Assembly (NCBI GenBank): GCA_008632985.1
Contig: QPGO01000131.1
Span: forward strand, 186,001 to 232,843
Direction: 5' to 3'
DNA: 46,843 nucleotides
From: Psammoneis japonica
Taxonomy: Eukaryota
A program made the position numbers and the translations under genes. The notes under the pieces were generated by a model. That model ran no database searches. It saw only the letters and a list, made by a program, of their open reading frames with translations, and was not told where the DNA came from. Positions 1 to 12,570 of this stretch are shown here, piece by piece. Each line of letters opens with the position of its first letter. Position 1 is the first letter of the stretch.

Positions 1-253
1 ACGTCATTTCTTTGATTTTCCTTAATTGGTAAAGTTCGGGAGTCCAGAGAGTGTTGTCAAGGTCAAACACCACCAGGGCAGGTAAGGCTTCCAACCTTGG
101 AGAATCGTGGCGCAGCTGACAGCAGCGCGGCGAAAAACCACTGCCAAGTTTCAACACGAAAACAAGTAGCCCGGAAACAATGTATGTCGTCGCCCGGATG
201 GCTGATGCCATTGCCGTTTGCCTGCTAGTTCCGGGTATTGTCGATTTCAGCAT
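1..253 (-). CDS. Magnesium-dependent phosphatase 1 (MDP-1)-like HAD phosphatase, 5' part only (runs off the window edge); probable bipartite targeting presequence
   Basis: Own translation from ATG at 253: MLKSTIPGTSRQTAMASAIRATTYIVSGLLVFVLKLGSGFSPRCCQLRHDSPRLEALPALVVFDLDNTLWTPELYQLRKIKEMT. VVFDLDNTLW is the HAD motif I of the MDP-1 type. A hydrophobic stretch followed by G-F-S-P resembles a diatom signal peptide plus ASAFAP-like cleavage site. Absent from the ORF track because there is no stop in the window. Confidence 0.8.
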   Translation of the reverse strand, partial: MLKSTIPGTSRQTAMASAIRATTYIVSGLLVFVLKLGSGFSPRCCQLRHDSPRLEALPALVVFDLDNTLWTPELYQLRKIKEMT

Positions 254-299
254 CCGTTGACAAACAAGTAACTACTCATCAGTAAGGTACAAAGGCATC

Positions 300-2200
300 T
301 CAAGTTGGGAGCGTGATGCGAGTTGGGAGTGCGTCCGTCCGTCTGAACCGCGCAAACTGCCATCATGCCATCATTGCCGCAATCTCCACCTTCTCTTTTT
401 TTGTGGCTGATCTTTGACTGAAACCCAGCCCAGCCCAGCCAAGGAAAGATCAGGGACTTTGCTTGCGGGGGGATGGCTGGGCCTTGTCAGTGTGAAAAGC
501 TGTTGTGTGGTGTGTTTTCACAATGCGATCATCTGCTCTTTGCACCCGCTCAAAGTCTTCGCACTCTCTGGCTGACTGGCTCTCCAGTGATGCCTTCGCA
601 CCAGCGCCAGCCAGTTGGCAGAGGAGGTCCACAAAATGGTTTGAGAGCCACTCTTTGGCTGCCACCATCAGAAGCAAGCACTTCCAAGGGAGGCGACAAC
701 ACAACATGGCACTGCACTGCTCTGAAATCTGTGCCAACTTTCCAGAGCTTCATTGTTGTCACCCGCAACACTGTTGTTCCTTGAGGATTGAGGACAACCA
801 CTGCTTTTCTACCACAGTCTCTTGGCTGGCAGCTGCTGGCATGTGTGGGCTGCTGTTGTTTTTTTTTTTGCTGGCCTCCTCCTCTGTCACTGAGCTCTCT
901 CAATCTTTCTGGCTTGTCTTCACCCTGACGGTGAGCCCACCCATGCCATCCTCTGTCCTTGTCAAAGGATGTGTTGCATCACATCATTCTCACTTCCTCT
1001 TTGCTGTCTCTTTTCTCTCTTTTGAAGCCATGAAAGAAACAGCCAAAGCAGCTCAAGTCACACGAGCCACGTGCCTCATCTTCAAGAGACATCTCTTCCC
1101 TTTTGTCTTGCTCTCATCAAGACTTGTCAAGGAGGTCTGCATCAATGCAGCATGCACAGACTCCACTGACAAAGCAACAGCTGTCATTGTGGAAATGTTG
1201 CTCCATGTGACTGGGCAAATGTGCTGGTGCATGAAGGCACTGACATTTTGGGGTGCGATGAGAGCTCCTCATTTGTGGTGGGTGCTGCAAGCAGCAACTC
1301 CGGTCAGATGGTTGGCCATCCCTGTGGTGCTGGTGTGGCTGTGCTCAGGCACCAATCCCATGGTCAACAAAGCCTTGCACTTGCTCCCATGGTGTGACAA
1401 GAGTCACAAAGAACCAACTTGCCAAGGTGCTTTGCCAGCTGCCAGTGCCCAATGCTGTGGCAGATGCTGGGCAAAGCTCCAAAGCACACATGCAATGTCA
1501 GGGTGTTCCTGCCAATTGGAAGCTGTTGCACCACTCACTGGCAAGGGCACCCTGGCTGAAACTCCAGACTCCCCCAGTTGGGCAGTGTGGTCACTCAAAC
1601 AGCAAACAGGCAAACTCTGTGTGTTTCCACATTTCCAACCACAGCTGGAGCTGTTCTTAATTTGGGTGATGGCATTGCCCCCCCCTGTGTGCAGACCAAG
1701 ACTGCTGCTGGACATTGCAACAACAGTGCTCCACAGGCATCAAAGCACTGTCAGGCACAGGCAAAGTCAGTGATGGCATGTGCAAGAGGGGAGATTCCTT
1801 GCAGCAACGTTGCCCAGAACACCCAGCAATCACCCCTGAGGAACATGATTGAAGGGCTGCCAAAGACAAAGATGCAGCATCCTCAAATTCTTGTCAAGGG
1901 TCCAACAGCATGATGACAGTGATGATGATGATGATGCAAATGTGTTCTTGGAGTGAAAAACCAAGAGACCAGTTGTGGAGAGCACGCCCACAGAGCCACC
2001 AGCAATGATGCCACTGCTCAAGCTCTCATCTTCTTTCTTCTGAAAATGGTCTCAAGTTCATCTTCTTTGTTGGCTCATGCAGGGAGTTTCCTCATGCAGG
2101 GAGTTTCCATCTTTTTTCTTTGCACTTCTTTCATGGCTCCTGTCTTAAATCATGACAACTTGTGCACCTGGAAGTTTGGGGAAGAACATTTCTTCATCTG
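300..2200. other. TpA/CpG-depleted hypermutated domain 1
   Basis: After ggtac at ~288, TA is seen only at ~810, ~1657 and ~2146 until normal TA density returns at ~2205-2290. TG/CA are strongly enriched. No intact gene is recognisable. Confidence 0.85.
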
Positions 2201-2630
2201 GTCGTAAGTGCTTTCGATGGAGGTGCAGTGCCACATTTGACTCTCTTGTTCTGCGAAAAAGCCGCAAGGGAACAAGAGAGCTGCAAGTGTTTAGTCACGG
2301 ACTAAGCCCTAAACCATTCGTTGGAACTTCCTCAGAACCACCCTTTTTGTTTCTTCTAGCTAGAGCTGGCAGTGTAGAAAGGTACACATGCTTCAGAACT
2401 GTAGCAGCCATTGACTCTATTGAAGGAGAATTATAATCCTAGAGTGGATAAGGTGTCAATGTTGCTCCCTGCACATTCTACCTTAGGAGCAAGTGTAAAA
2501 CCTGTGCACGATTGCAATGCACTCGAGAGAAAAATCGACCTGACTTCCGGCCGGCTAATGAATCATTTGCTGAATGCGAGACAAGTGAATGGCTGTTTCT
2601 GCCCCCCTAAGTCTCAAGTTTGCGTCGTAT

Positions 2631-3512
2631 CTAATCAGTGCCATACCACGGTAAAGAATCAACCGGAAACAACAAGGGTCCATCGAACAATGATGGTGGA
2701 ATGAGTGAGTACCAAGCTTCCATGTCAGGCGCGGGGTGATAGCTGAATTCTGGGACGGAGCTTTGGTCCGGATCATCCGCTTCCAAGTCAAACTGTTCGG
2801 GAAAGAAGGGCAGAATTGACTCTGGGAAAAGCCTCATGAGGTATTGAGGAGAGGGATAGGCGATGGTACTATCAGGCCAACTGGAAATCCGTTGGATGCA
2901 AGCATAAACGATCCGCAAAAGACCCCGAAGTTTCTCCTTGTGCTCTTCTGTGCCATTTTCTTGGAATCGTTCAAAACTCCATCCGTACTCCCTTAAGTTA
3001 TCGATACCCGAGGCCGAAAAGTCAGAACTCCCGAACATAAGGTTCAGGGACAACATAATATCGTCGCTTTCGACATCGTCAACAAACAATAACATTTTGG
3101 AGGGGGGCGGTGCTTCCAGATCTTGAGTCTTTTGATTGTCTATTTCTTCCCATAAATCTTTCTGGAGATAGAACCGTGCAACGAGTCTGGAAGGATGGGA
3201 GTTCTGTGAAATGAAGAACGTAAATGGTTGCACCTGCGAAACCGTCACATCATCCAATTCAAAGTCCGGCCCCAATTCCGGGTGGGTCTTTCGTTTTTCA
3301 AAAGAAATCCTAGTGGGCAGTCGCTCTTCTTTGACAAGGAAAAAATGCCCATGGCGAAGGTCATTTACCGTTTGGCCTAGATCCTTGCACACCATGCCCA
3401 AGTTGGTAATGTCGTTGACACTCAGAAACTCGGCAAATAGCGGAAACACCGTTCCCAAAATGTGCAGATGCTCCTGTGCAATCTTCTGCTTCTTTTTGGC
3501 ACGGGTCAACAT
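2631..3512 (-). CDS. Hypothetical protein (~293 aa) with F-box-like N-terminal segment
   Basis: Long single ORF of normal composition (Tyr present). Likely start MLTRAKKKQK at 3512. ILGTVFPLFAEFLSVNDITNLGMVCKDL resembles an F-box motif (inference). Confidence 0.7.
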   Translation of the reverse strand: MLTRAKKKQKIAQEHLHILGTVFPLFAEFLSVNDITNLGMVCKDLGQTVNDLRHGHFFLVKEERLPTRISFEKRKTHPELGPDFELDDVTVSQVQPFTFFISQNSHPSRLVARFYLQKDLWEEIDNQKTQDLEAPPPSKMLLFVDDVESDDIMLSLNLMFGSSDFSASGIDNLREYGWSFERFQENGTEEHKEKLRGLLRIVYACIQRISSWPDSTIAYPSPQYLMRLFPESILPFFPEQFDLEADDPDQSSVPEFSYHPAPDMEAWYSLIPPSLFDGPLLFPVDSLPWYGTD

Positions 3513-4023
3513 CTTGGTCTTGTTGTTGTTGCTGTAGTATGAGCTGTAAGCTGTAACAGGCAAATAACGACGGCTGGTGGGAGTTAGAACCAACACTGCA
3601 GACAAAATATATTTGGCGGTGACGCTCCGAACGGCATGTACAAGTCTTTTCAACACCCGCCTTGTCAATCGAAATCGATCACAAGAGTCGTCAACAAGAG
3701 GGAGTCTAGACTATCTGTCAGAAATGAAACGCGACACGCGACGCAAAGCGCAGACGAGGTTGTGCATTTTGGCGCGCCCTTCACAAAGCTGCAAAAACAC
3801 ATCATTTTTTGACGATTTGCTCAAAAACACTACAAATCCCTCCGAATCATGATCCACTCAACAGCGCGCCAACCACCAACTCGTTTGTACTGATGAATGC
3901 TATTCCGTCTGAGTCAACCTCACACTTCACCACGTCGCTGTTAGTGAGGTTTAAAAATACTGTAAACGCCGACATTGCTACAACTGCTGATGATACAAGA
4001 ACGCTTGCAAGGAGAACGTCGAA

Positions 4024-4767
4024 ATGAATCTTACTGATGTGTTCCGCTTCGCTTTGATGAGCACTTTTGGCCTCGTTTTTTCGGAAGGCTTTTCGCTCCG
4101 CATGACAGCAGCTTCTACTTCTTCTACTCTTCCTCCCATCACAGTCTCGAAAGGGGATCATCCTCTGATCCGACGAGCTAATGAGTTTATTCACCGCGAG
4201 AGTGGCTTCTATTCTGACTACGATGCTGACTGCTTTGCCGAAGATTTTGTTTTTCGCGGTCCGTTCATCGGTCCTCTCAACAAACGAGATTATCTACAAA
4301 CGATGGATGCATTTGGCATCTACAAGGCCATTCCTGACATCAGTCCCAATGCATGGGGGTTTTCCATTGATCCCCGCGATCCAAACCGAGTATGGTTCAT
4401 GGTACGAAACACAGGCACGTTTAATGGCCAACCTTTGGCTCCCGATTCTCTGAATTTCAAACCCAATGGTGCAGTCCTTGACGGCTGTCCAGAAACCTTC
4501 AGTATTACCTTTGACGAAAATCAAAAGGTCAAGTATCTAACGGTAGGGTATGTGGCGGATCGTTTTGAAGGTAACACTGATGGTCAGGGGGCTGCCGTGG
4601 GTATCTTTAACGTCGTCGGGTTGCCGTTTCCTAAACCAGGACCACTGCTTCGATTTGCACAGTGGTTTGGAACTGAAGTTGTCAATTTGGGCCCCATGTC
4701 TTATTCACCTACGGATGTTCCAGCGTGGTGGAAAGATGAACGTAAAGCATCAGAAGGATACAGCTAG
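4024..4767 (+). CDS. NTF2/SnoaL-like fold protein, probably plastid-targeted
   Basis: 247-aa ORF. Signal-like N-terminus ending SEG|FS, then a Ser/Thr-rich transit-like peptide. The FAEDFVFRGPFIGPLNKRDYL...RVWFMVRNTGT...PETFSITFD pattern is typical of algal SnoaL-like proteins. Confidence 0.8.
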   Translation: MNLTDVFRFALMSTFGLVFSEGFSLRMTAASTSSTLPPITVSKGDHPLIRRANEFIHRESGFYSDYDADCFAEDFVFRGPFIGPLNKRDYLQTMDAFGIYKAIPDISPNAWGFSIDPRDPNRVWFMVRNTGTFNGQPLAPDSLNFKPNGAVLDGCPETFSITFDENQKVKYLTVGYVADRFEGNTDGQGAAVGIFNVVGLPFPKPGPLLRFAQWFGTEVVNLGPMSYSPTDVPAWWKDERKASEGYS

Positions 4768-5223
4768 TTTTTGTTTACGGTACACTACTATAGCATACCG
4801 GTAGCAAAACAGACAGAGACTTCTATCTTGCGCACTGCTTTTAACAACAAGAGAGTCCGTGCACTGTCCAAATGGTAGAATTTTTACAACATGACTTTAC
4901 ACACGAATCTCAATAACTTGCTAAGATGATTCTCTTCGTTTTCCTTAGCAGACAGAGACTGCATCGAAGCTCCTTCATAATCGTAGCGCATCACATAGTA
5001 GATAAGATGACGTCGACCTCATAGACCTGCACTTTGGGTGTGCTAGACGAGACTATGGAGAGCCCAGCATTTCTCGAAAATCGAGGTCCGAGTAGGCGTC
5101 ACTCTCCAACCACCGTAACAGGCAACTAGTGCATGTGGGATGCCAATGGATCACGTTTGGGTTGATGATGATAAGGAACCTGATGTAGAGAGAGGATGTG
5201 GACGTGAAGTACGATCGTACTTC

Positions 5224-5505
5224 CTACGTAATTTCAGTGCCGGCCCACACTCTTGGACATCCCCCCCAAATGTAGATGCGGATACGTGCGCTGTAGCCTA
5301 ATCGTGTCATGCTTTGTGCACGAAGTTGCGTGTTGATCGCATAGTAGTAGTCATGAGATGTAAGCATTCTGATGGCCCGTGATGACGTGCAACGAAGAGC
5401 TCCGACATTTGAGTGGTCTCCCGCCTCATCTTCCTCGCAGTAGGAAAGGATTAGAGCCCAAATGTCTAAGTCAAGAACTTCTAATGCGAAAGCGCCGGTA
5501 TTCAT
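5224..5505 (-). CDS. Short hypothetical ORF with F-box-like start (possible first exon or gene fragment)
   Basis: LEVLDLDIWALILSYC...LRCTS resembles an F-box. Composition is normal. The downstream exon structure could not be resolved. Confidence 0.35.
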   Translation of the reverse strand: MNTGAFALEVLDLDIWALILSYCEEDEAGDHSNVGALRCTSSRAIRMLTSHDYYYAINTQLRAQSMTRLGYSARIRIYIWGGCPRVWAGTEIT

Positions 5506-6099
5506 AGTTCTTCGTTATTAGTTTGTGAGAATTTGAACGCTGATGTAAAAGACAGGACTCGATGGAGTTTATGAAGCATTTCCTTCGTTATGTTGTGCAT
5601 CCTTCGGTCCGCGACGACTCGAGTGGAACAAGTTGGAACCCACGACTGAACGACTGAGTTGCGCGCTCTGGGACTGGGTTTCCGGCCGTGTGGGGCTGGG
5701 ATGACAGAGACCCAGTCGCGGGTCAGCTGTCGCACCCCACGGCTGCCACCGCTTCGAACAGATTGCAACTAACTAACTCCAGTGCCAAATGGTTGGCAAC
5801 AGACCACAGAAGGGTCCTTATTTGGCCGCAGGTTGCGTGCATTGAGTGGTCTCTGGTGCAGGTGGGCTTGAGACATCAGTCTGCAGTGTGGGTGGGCTCA
5901 AGCTGCTGATCAACAGCTCTTGTGTCATCTTCCCTGCTTTGCAGTGGCTGCTGCCACTTTGAACAGTGCAGCTGACTCCAGTGCCAAACAGCTGGTGGCA
6001 GAGGTCCACCTCTGCAGAGCTCAAGCTCTGGACCACTCACCAGAAGCCAGCCAGTTGTTGCCAGCTCCTGGGCCACTTTTTGGGTGGGAGACAGAAGGT

Positions 6100-6990
6100 G
6101 GGCCAATGAGATGTGGGCGGGAGTGCTGGCACACAACAAGGTGAACAATGTCAGTGTTGACCTGAGTGCATGGAAGGCCATGGCACTGCTTGCTGGAAGA
6201 AGGGAGTGAGTGGGAACATTTTTTGGGAGAAATCCAGCTGAGGATGGTTGTGGCCAGGTGGAGCGCACACGTGATGTCAGATGGTTTGACAGGCTTGAAG
6301 GCATTGCCTTGTTCATGGGAGGCAAGAGGCATGGTCAGGTGAGCACCATGCTGGTGCAGGATGAGCATGACATGAACTTTTGCAAGGGCCAAGTGGGGTT
6401 GTGGGTCACCACCACTCCAAGACAAGCCAGCGACTTTGCCTTGCAAGCTGTTTTCTGTGTGGCAAACTCCAGTGTGGCAAAGGTGGTGGCTGCAATTCTG
6501 CATTGGCTGTCATTTGCAAGTTTGGATGGACAGGGCAGATCAAAAGCTGCAGAGAGGGTGGTCTTGGATGGTGCAGCCACATGTTTGCTGGGCTGCAGCA
6601 AGTCGGAGAATGCCAACATGATCACATCAGTGATGATGCATGCATGGTGGCAACAGCACTGGCCAGCACAGCAGCAGCCATGGTGTGTCAGAGGAGCATG
6701 GGGAGCAGGTGTGAGTTTGACCTGGTTTGACAGAAGATCTTGTCAGGAGTGGAGTGGCATGCTGGCTGGCAGCAGAGGCAAAAGTTTGTGTTGTCCTGGA
6801 TGGCTTTGCGGGGGTCTGGGGACCCTGCTGCTGTGAATGCCTGGTCAATGCTGTGCAAGGCATCCTCCAGAGTGAAAGATCTGACTTGGTGACCATTGGG
6901 GGCAAGTGCTCCCTGTTGGCAGTGCTGGGCAAAGACTTGGAGGATGGGAGCAGGTTTGGCAAACTCTTGCATGGTGGGATCCAAGGAGGA
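6100..6990 (-). mobile_element. Decayed tyrosine-recombinase ORF of a DIRS/Ngaro-type retroelement
   Basis: Frameshifted pieces: PILQVFAQHCQQGALAPNGHQVRSFTLEDALHSIDQAF...SPDPR; IMLAFSDLLQPSKH (LLRPxEY box); ATTFATLEFATQK; MPLASH...PVKPSDIT...GFLPKNVPTHSL...AMA...QVNTDIVHLV. These follow the order of the YR domain of stramenopile DIRS-like elements as I recall it. Confidence 0.65.
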
Positions 6991-9900
6991 GGCCTTTCAG
7001 AGCTGGATCATGGTGCTGGCTCTTGAAGGCACAGTGCCAGCCTCTTGGTCTCTTGCTGAGCAGTGAAGCGATCATGGCAAAATTTGTTGAGGTGACATTC
7101 AACACAAAAAGATTCATTTTAATGTGCTGGAAATGCATCACAACATCAAGGACACAATTGATGAAGGACCAACTGTTGGAACATCCAGGACATGAGAAAC
7201 ACAAAGAACTCAGATGTGTTGATGAAAAGATGATGTGGCTCCTGACATGGCTGGATCATTCAGTTGCTCTTCATGAGCAAGGCTTTGCTGTCATCAATCT
7301 CTCACTTTTCAGTTTCATCTTGCTTTTCAGAGCAAATCATTTGGTTTGCATGATTTGTCCATCAGTGTCACTGGGCACCTGTCACATCACAAGTTTGAAG
7401 TTGTGTTGACAACTTGTTGGCAACCCACAGCCACAGCAAGCAACCAAGGCAAGTGTGCCAAGTGGCAAAGGAAGCCCAGCAGGACTCCCTTTTGGTGACA
7501 TTGATGGGCCAGTTCAACATCATTCATTCCACAGAGTTGCTGGCACTGTGTTCAGTGCTTGCAGACACTGACCTTCGTGCAGCTTGCCAGTGCTGGAACA
7601 CTGTGCCAGTTTCTGTGGGCCTGGGTTTCCACAGGACTGGGATCACAGAAACATGGTGCTGACAAACAGGCCTCTGGTTGTGGGCCAGCTGTCATGTCAC
7701 AAAAACATCCACCCACCGTTTGGCTCATGTTTTGCCCAACAAACAGCTTGCAATTTCAGATCTGCACATCACAGGCATCATCATGGATGCCACAACAAAA
7801 ACACAAGACATTGGTGCATGTGGTCTGTTTCTGATCTGTCCCAGATCTTTGTTTCTCCACGCTGTGCAGCCTCTGTTCCTTGGCATTCTGAGCTGGCTTT
7901 CACACTGACGGACAATGGCATGGGGTGTGTTCCACAACCCCCTCCTGCTCATCATCAGATCTTGTCCAAAATTTTTTGTGCTCAACAGTCAAAACACTTC
8001 CAAGCCCATGCAAGCACAAGTTCTGGACAAAGCTTGTGTGAGCAGCAACAGCCCCAAGTGACCCTGGTGCTTGCTCATGAACAAACAGCATCAGAGATGA
8101 GCACAAGCTCCATGCTGGCAACAGTGGTTGACTCACTCAAGAAACTGTTGTGCAGCAGCACTCCTGAAAAAAGGGCACAGAGGGCAAGGGAGGTCAGGAG
8201 CTTGCATCAAAAGGTGGCACATGCTGAGCTTGTTCTTGCAGATGTGGGTCACATTTCACAACCACAGAAATGATCAGTTGATGGCTTGTTTTAGAGATGG
8301 AGCCAGGGGTGGGCTCTTTTGTGCAGCTCACACAACATGACAAAGCAGCTTCTAGCTGGAGAGTTGACAATCCTTTGTTGTTCTGACTGGCCAGCTCTCC
8401 AAGGCAAGGATGCACCACAGGTGCCCATTGCTCAAGCTGTCTGTCATGGGGCTGGAGGGCATCATGTCATGATGCTTGGGTTGGGTGCTTGTGATGTCCA
8501 AATGCAGAGCCATGCTTGAGCTGCTTGCCAGAGCTTTTCTTCTGGCAGTGCACAGCCTGACATGCACGCTTTTGCCAACTGTGGGTGCAAAAGACAGAGT
8601 GATGTGAAGCAAAGCAGTGCCATCTCACAAGAGCACACATTGCAACAGTTCAGCATGCACTGTTCATCACAAAATGCAGCACGCTGCTGCCCAAAAACTT
8701 TTCACTTGTGTCTCTGATCTCTGGCATGTGAGGAACACAAAACAAACAAGAGTTGGTGGGAGCAAGCACCCTCCACTGCACTCACCTGGATCATCCAAAG
8801 CTTTGCCATGGTTGCCATGTTGCAAGTGAAGCAAAAAAACTTTTGGCAGAAAATCACGAGCTGTTTGGCCAAACTCAAGCTGAGTGAGAGTGGCAACTGA
8901 CTTCCCTCAAACCACAGAGCAAGACTGACCCAGCCTTTTGTCAGATGTTTTTGGATGGATTGGAGATGCACTCCAGCTCCAGGTGGGACCTCATGCCACT
9001 GGACTGTGCAACGTTCTTTTTGTCATCATGCACCACATGTCACACACGTGCATTTTTGCATGACTTTGGTGGCATTTTGTGCCACTCTGCAGCACAGTTG
9101 TTGGGCTGTCCATTCATCAACTTTCAGTGCATTTTGTGCACAAAGCCATTTTTAAATGTCTTCTGAATGGTGCAGTGCTGGCAGATTTTCAAAAATTGTG
9201 AGTGAAGCAGCCACTCCAGCCCCGGGCAGGACTCTGTGTGACACTGGGCCTGCAGAATTCTGCACATGGTGAGCTCTGCAACAAGAGCATTGGATGATTG
9301 ACAACTGACACAGTGGTTGTTGCAAACACAAAAAGAGGCAATTTTGCAAACATGTGAACTTCTTTGTGCTTGCAGTGCATCTTCTTTCTTGTTTTTGCCC
9401 AGATGTTTTCTCCAGACATTGAAGAACATGCCCAGGCAGTTTTTGTTTCTTTTTTGCTCTGTGATGGATGGCATGGTTGCCGCAACAAGAAGCCTTTGGC
9501 TTTGCAAAGTGGAAAGATGCACACAGAAATGTGTGTGTAAGAGCACATGGTGCATGACTGAAAACTCTCATGTTGCAATTCAGCAGTGCAAGGAACGGCC
9601 CACAGGGCTGGGCTGGCAGAACATGTCAAGTGTGAAGAGGCTTGCAACTGCACCACAAACTTGGCCATTCACTTGGATGTTGAAGACAAATGTTTTAATT
9701 GCCCAGCACAGGGACTGCAGAGTGCAGAGCTTGAGTGCAGAATTTCAAATTCTGCAAGCCCGTGTTGCACAGCCAGAGTCCCGCCTGGGGCTTGAGCATG
9801 TCTGGAGCCACTCTGGCTGGCCTCCTGATTAATTCATCTGGAAAACATTGTGGCTCTAGAATTCATCTGTGCTGAACAAGAACCCTGGGTTCTCAACAAG

Positions 9901-10467
9901 TGCTTGTCAATTGTGAACAAAGCAAATTTGATAATTGCTTTTACACTCCAAGTGGGAAAACATGCTCAATCTTCAGGTCTCATTGTTCATTCAATCTTGA
10001 CAAGATTGCAACCACAATGATTTTGACAGGATTTGGTTTGTGTCCAAACATGCCCAAGTGGGAAATGACAATCAATGAAACTTGTGACTTGCAGTTGTTT
10101 GTTCTTGACAAGGGTGCAATTGCAGCTGCTTTTTGACATTGCTCATTTCTGACAATGACAACATTCATTCTTCTCATTGGGATGCTCATGCGCGCTGGCT
10201 GTGTGCTGCTTGTGATGTGATTTGTGATGGCTGTGTTTTGTGTTTTGTCATTTCTGCTGTGAGTGGGCTTTTGCTTCCTGTTTCCTGCTCTTCCCTCTTT
10301 GGTTTTGTCCTGTCTGCTGCTGGTGCTCCTGTGCTGCAGTCATTCTCTGTCTTCACATGATGGCGTCATGTTTGCTGATTGTGTGATCCCTTGCAACTGC
10401 TCTCACTCACTGCAACCATGTCATTTGTTCTGTGTTGGATTGCAACCTTGTCTCTTTTGCTGATCAT

Positions 10468-10740
10468 GCCAGTTTGCCAAAGTGTTGCCTGCAAAGAAGA
10501 AAAAAGGGCTTGCAACAGATCAGAGCACTGAGTGTGTCTTGTTTCAAATGGGCTTGGCTTGGTGCAAACAGCATTTCTGCTCACTTTTGTGTGCGACCTT
10601 GTCTCTTTTGTTTTTTTTGCCAGCTTGCCAATGTGTCACCTGCAAAGAAGAGAAAAGAGTGTGCAACAGATGAGAGCATTGCTTGTGTTTTGTTTTGAAT
10701 GTGCTTGGTGCAAACACTTTTTCTGCTCACATTTGTGTGG
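10468..10740 (+). repeat. Two-copy direct repeat, period ~150 bp
   Basis: gccagtttgccaaagtgttgcctgcaaagaaga...gcaacagatcagagcactg...ttggtgcaaacagcatttctgctcac recurs as gccagcttgccaatgtgtcacctgcaaagaaga...gcaacagatgagagcattg...ttggtgcaaacactttttctgctcac. Confidence 0.75.
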
Positions 10741-11589
10741 CCCCTGCAGGGCCGTCTTCCCTTCTGGCTCCCCTCGCATGTCAACATGCCCTCCCCCCCT
10801 CCCCTCTGCTCTTCTGTTGCCTTCTCTTGCTGTTGTCATTGTTGTGACATTGCATGAGCCCTGTGTTTTGTGTTTTGTGTCTTGTGAGGCAATGATGATT
10901 TGTGTTTTTGTGGCAATGTCAAGCCTGTCTGCCTGATGATTCCTGTTGGCATCGCTTTTTAAGTGACATTTTTTAAAATTCCACACTCACACCCAGTTTT
11001 GAAGGTTTGAATGATTTGAAATGAATTGAATGAATCATCCAGTTGTTGAGGTTTTGCATGTGTGTCTTCAGCCAGTCAATTTCTCATGTTAACGTGTTCT
11101 TGTTAAGATGGAAATTTTCACAGTCTTGCTGCCACACACCATCTTTTTTCAATGCTCTGGGACTTCGATCTCCACTGATGCCCTCACAACCACATTTTCT
11201 TTTTGGTGTGTTGCAACAATGCTGCCAAAAACATGTGAACTGCTCCCATGGAGGTGGTGGTGGCCAGCCTTGTGCTGTCAACCATTCCAATGCCGGTGGT
11301 GCTCTTGGCCATGGTGAGATGCAGGTGGGGCTGGCAGATCTCAAGCTGAGCCTGAGCCTCAAGACTGAAGCTGGAGGAGCCCTCAGAGAAACCACCAAGG
11401 CTCTGCTGCCAGAGCTGCTGCAGCACCGGATGACAACCCAGCAACTGCTGCCACTGCTGCTGCCTCCATCAACAATGAAGCCACTGTCCACCATGCCAAT
11501 GCAGCCAACACCCCCCCCCCCCCCCCCCGCCAGTGCCACTCCACCCAAAGATCTTCAATTTCTCATGTGTTGGCACAAAATTCGTCCTG

Positions 11590-12570
11590 TGATTGTGGTT
11601 GTGTCCCCTGGCACCCAATGGAGTCTCCCGTGACCATCCCAAGACAACTGAGCACTTGCGCTGTCACACAGGTGGCTCCCTGGTCTCTGCAGGGGTGTGG
11701 TGGCTGGGCCAAAGCCAGTCATGTGAGAAAGAAAAGGGGCTGCATTGACACAAGACAAGGCCTTTGCTCCCCAAAACCAAGATTGTTGTTGGCTCCCCAG
11801 GGGCACAATGGAGTTGCCCAAGGCCATCCAAAGACAACTGGGCACTTGCATTGTCACACAGAAAGCTCCCTTGTCTCTGCAGCTGGGGTGGCTGTGCCAA
11901 AGCCTGTCACATGTCAGAAAGAAAAGGGGCTGCATTCTTGACACAAAACAAGGCTTTTGATTCCCAACCATGGTTGTTGCCAGCTCCCCTTGGACACAGT
12001 GGAGTCACCCAAGGCTGTCTAAAAACAACTGGGCACTTGCGCTGGTGTCACACAGAAAGCTCCCTTGTCTCTGCAGGTGGGGTGGCTGGACCAAAGCAAG
12101 CCAGTCACATCAGAAAGAAAAGGGGTTGCATTGGCTCAAAACAAGGCTTTTCCTTCCCAACCATTGTTGTTGTTGTTGTTGCCTCCTCTGGGACCCAAAA
12201 TGGAGTTTCTTGTGCCCATCCCAAGACATGTGAGTGCTTGCACTGTCACACAGCCAGATGGCTCCCTTGTCTTTGCAGGTTGGTTGGCTGGGCTAAACCC
12301 AGCCATGTCACAGAGAGACAAGGTGCTGCTGCATTGACACAAGACAAGGCCTTTGCTTCCCAACCATTGTTGTTGTTGTGTCCTCTGGGACCCAATGCTG
12401 GAGTCATCCAAGGCCATCTCAAGGCAATGGAGCACTTGCACTGTCACACAGATGGCTCCCTTGTCTCTGCAGGTTGGCTGGCTGGGCCAAAGCAAGTCAT
12501 GTCAGGAGGCAGAAAGAAAAGGGGCTGCATTGACACAAGATAATGCTTTTGCTTCCCAACCATGTGGTTG
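11590..12570 (+). repeat. Tandem repeat, ~5 diverged copies of a ~195-bp unit
   Basis: The anchor agaaagaaaagggg(c/t)tgcatt occurs at ~11726, ~11916, ~12112 and ~12511, with a variant at ~12312. Each unit also shares gcacttgc..tgtcacacag...gctccc(t/g)tgtctctgcag. Confidence 0.85.

Noticed and set aside
450..2207. Long overlapping ORFs (e.g. 505-1773, 422 aa) and the many Cys/His/Gln-rich ORFs in all mutated domains
   Set aside because: Loss of TA removes TAA/TAG stops and Tyr codons, so long frames arise on all six frames by default. They show no domain motifs and should not be annotated as genes.
8850..10140. Possible decayed transposase or other coding relic on the minus strand
   Set aside because: It reads like former coding sequence, but I could not match any diagnostic motif.
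11511..11528. C18 homopolymer (G-quadruplex potential)
   Set aside because: Isolated low-complexity tract with no supporting context.
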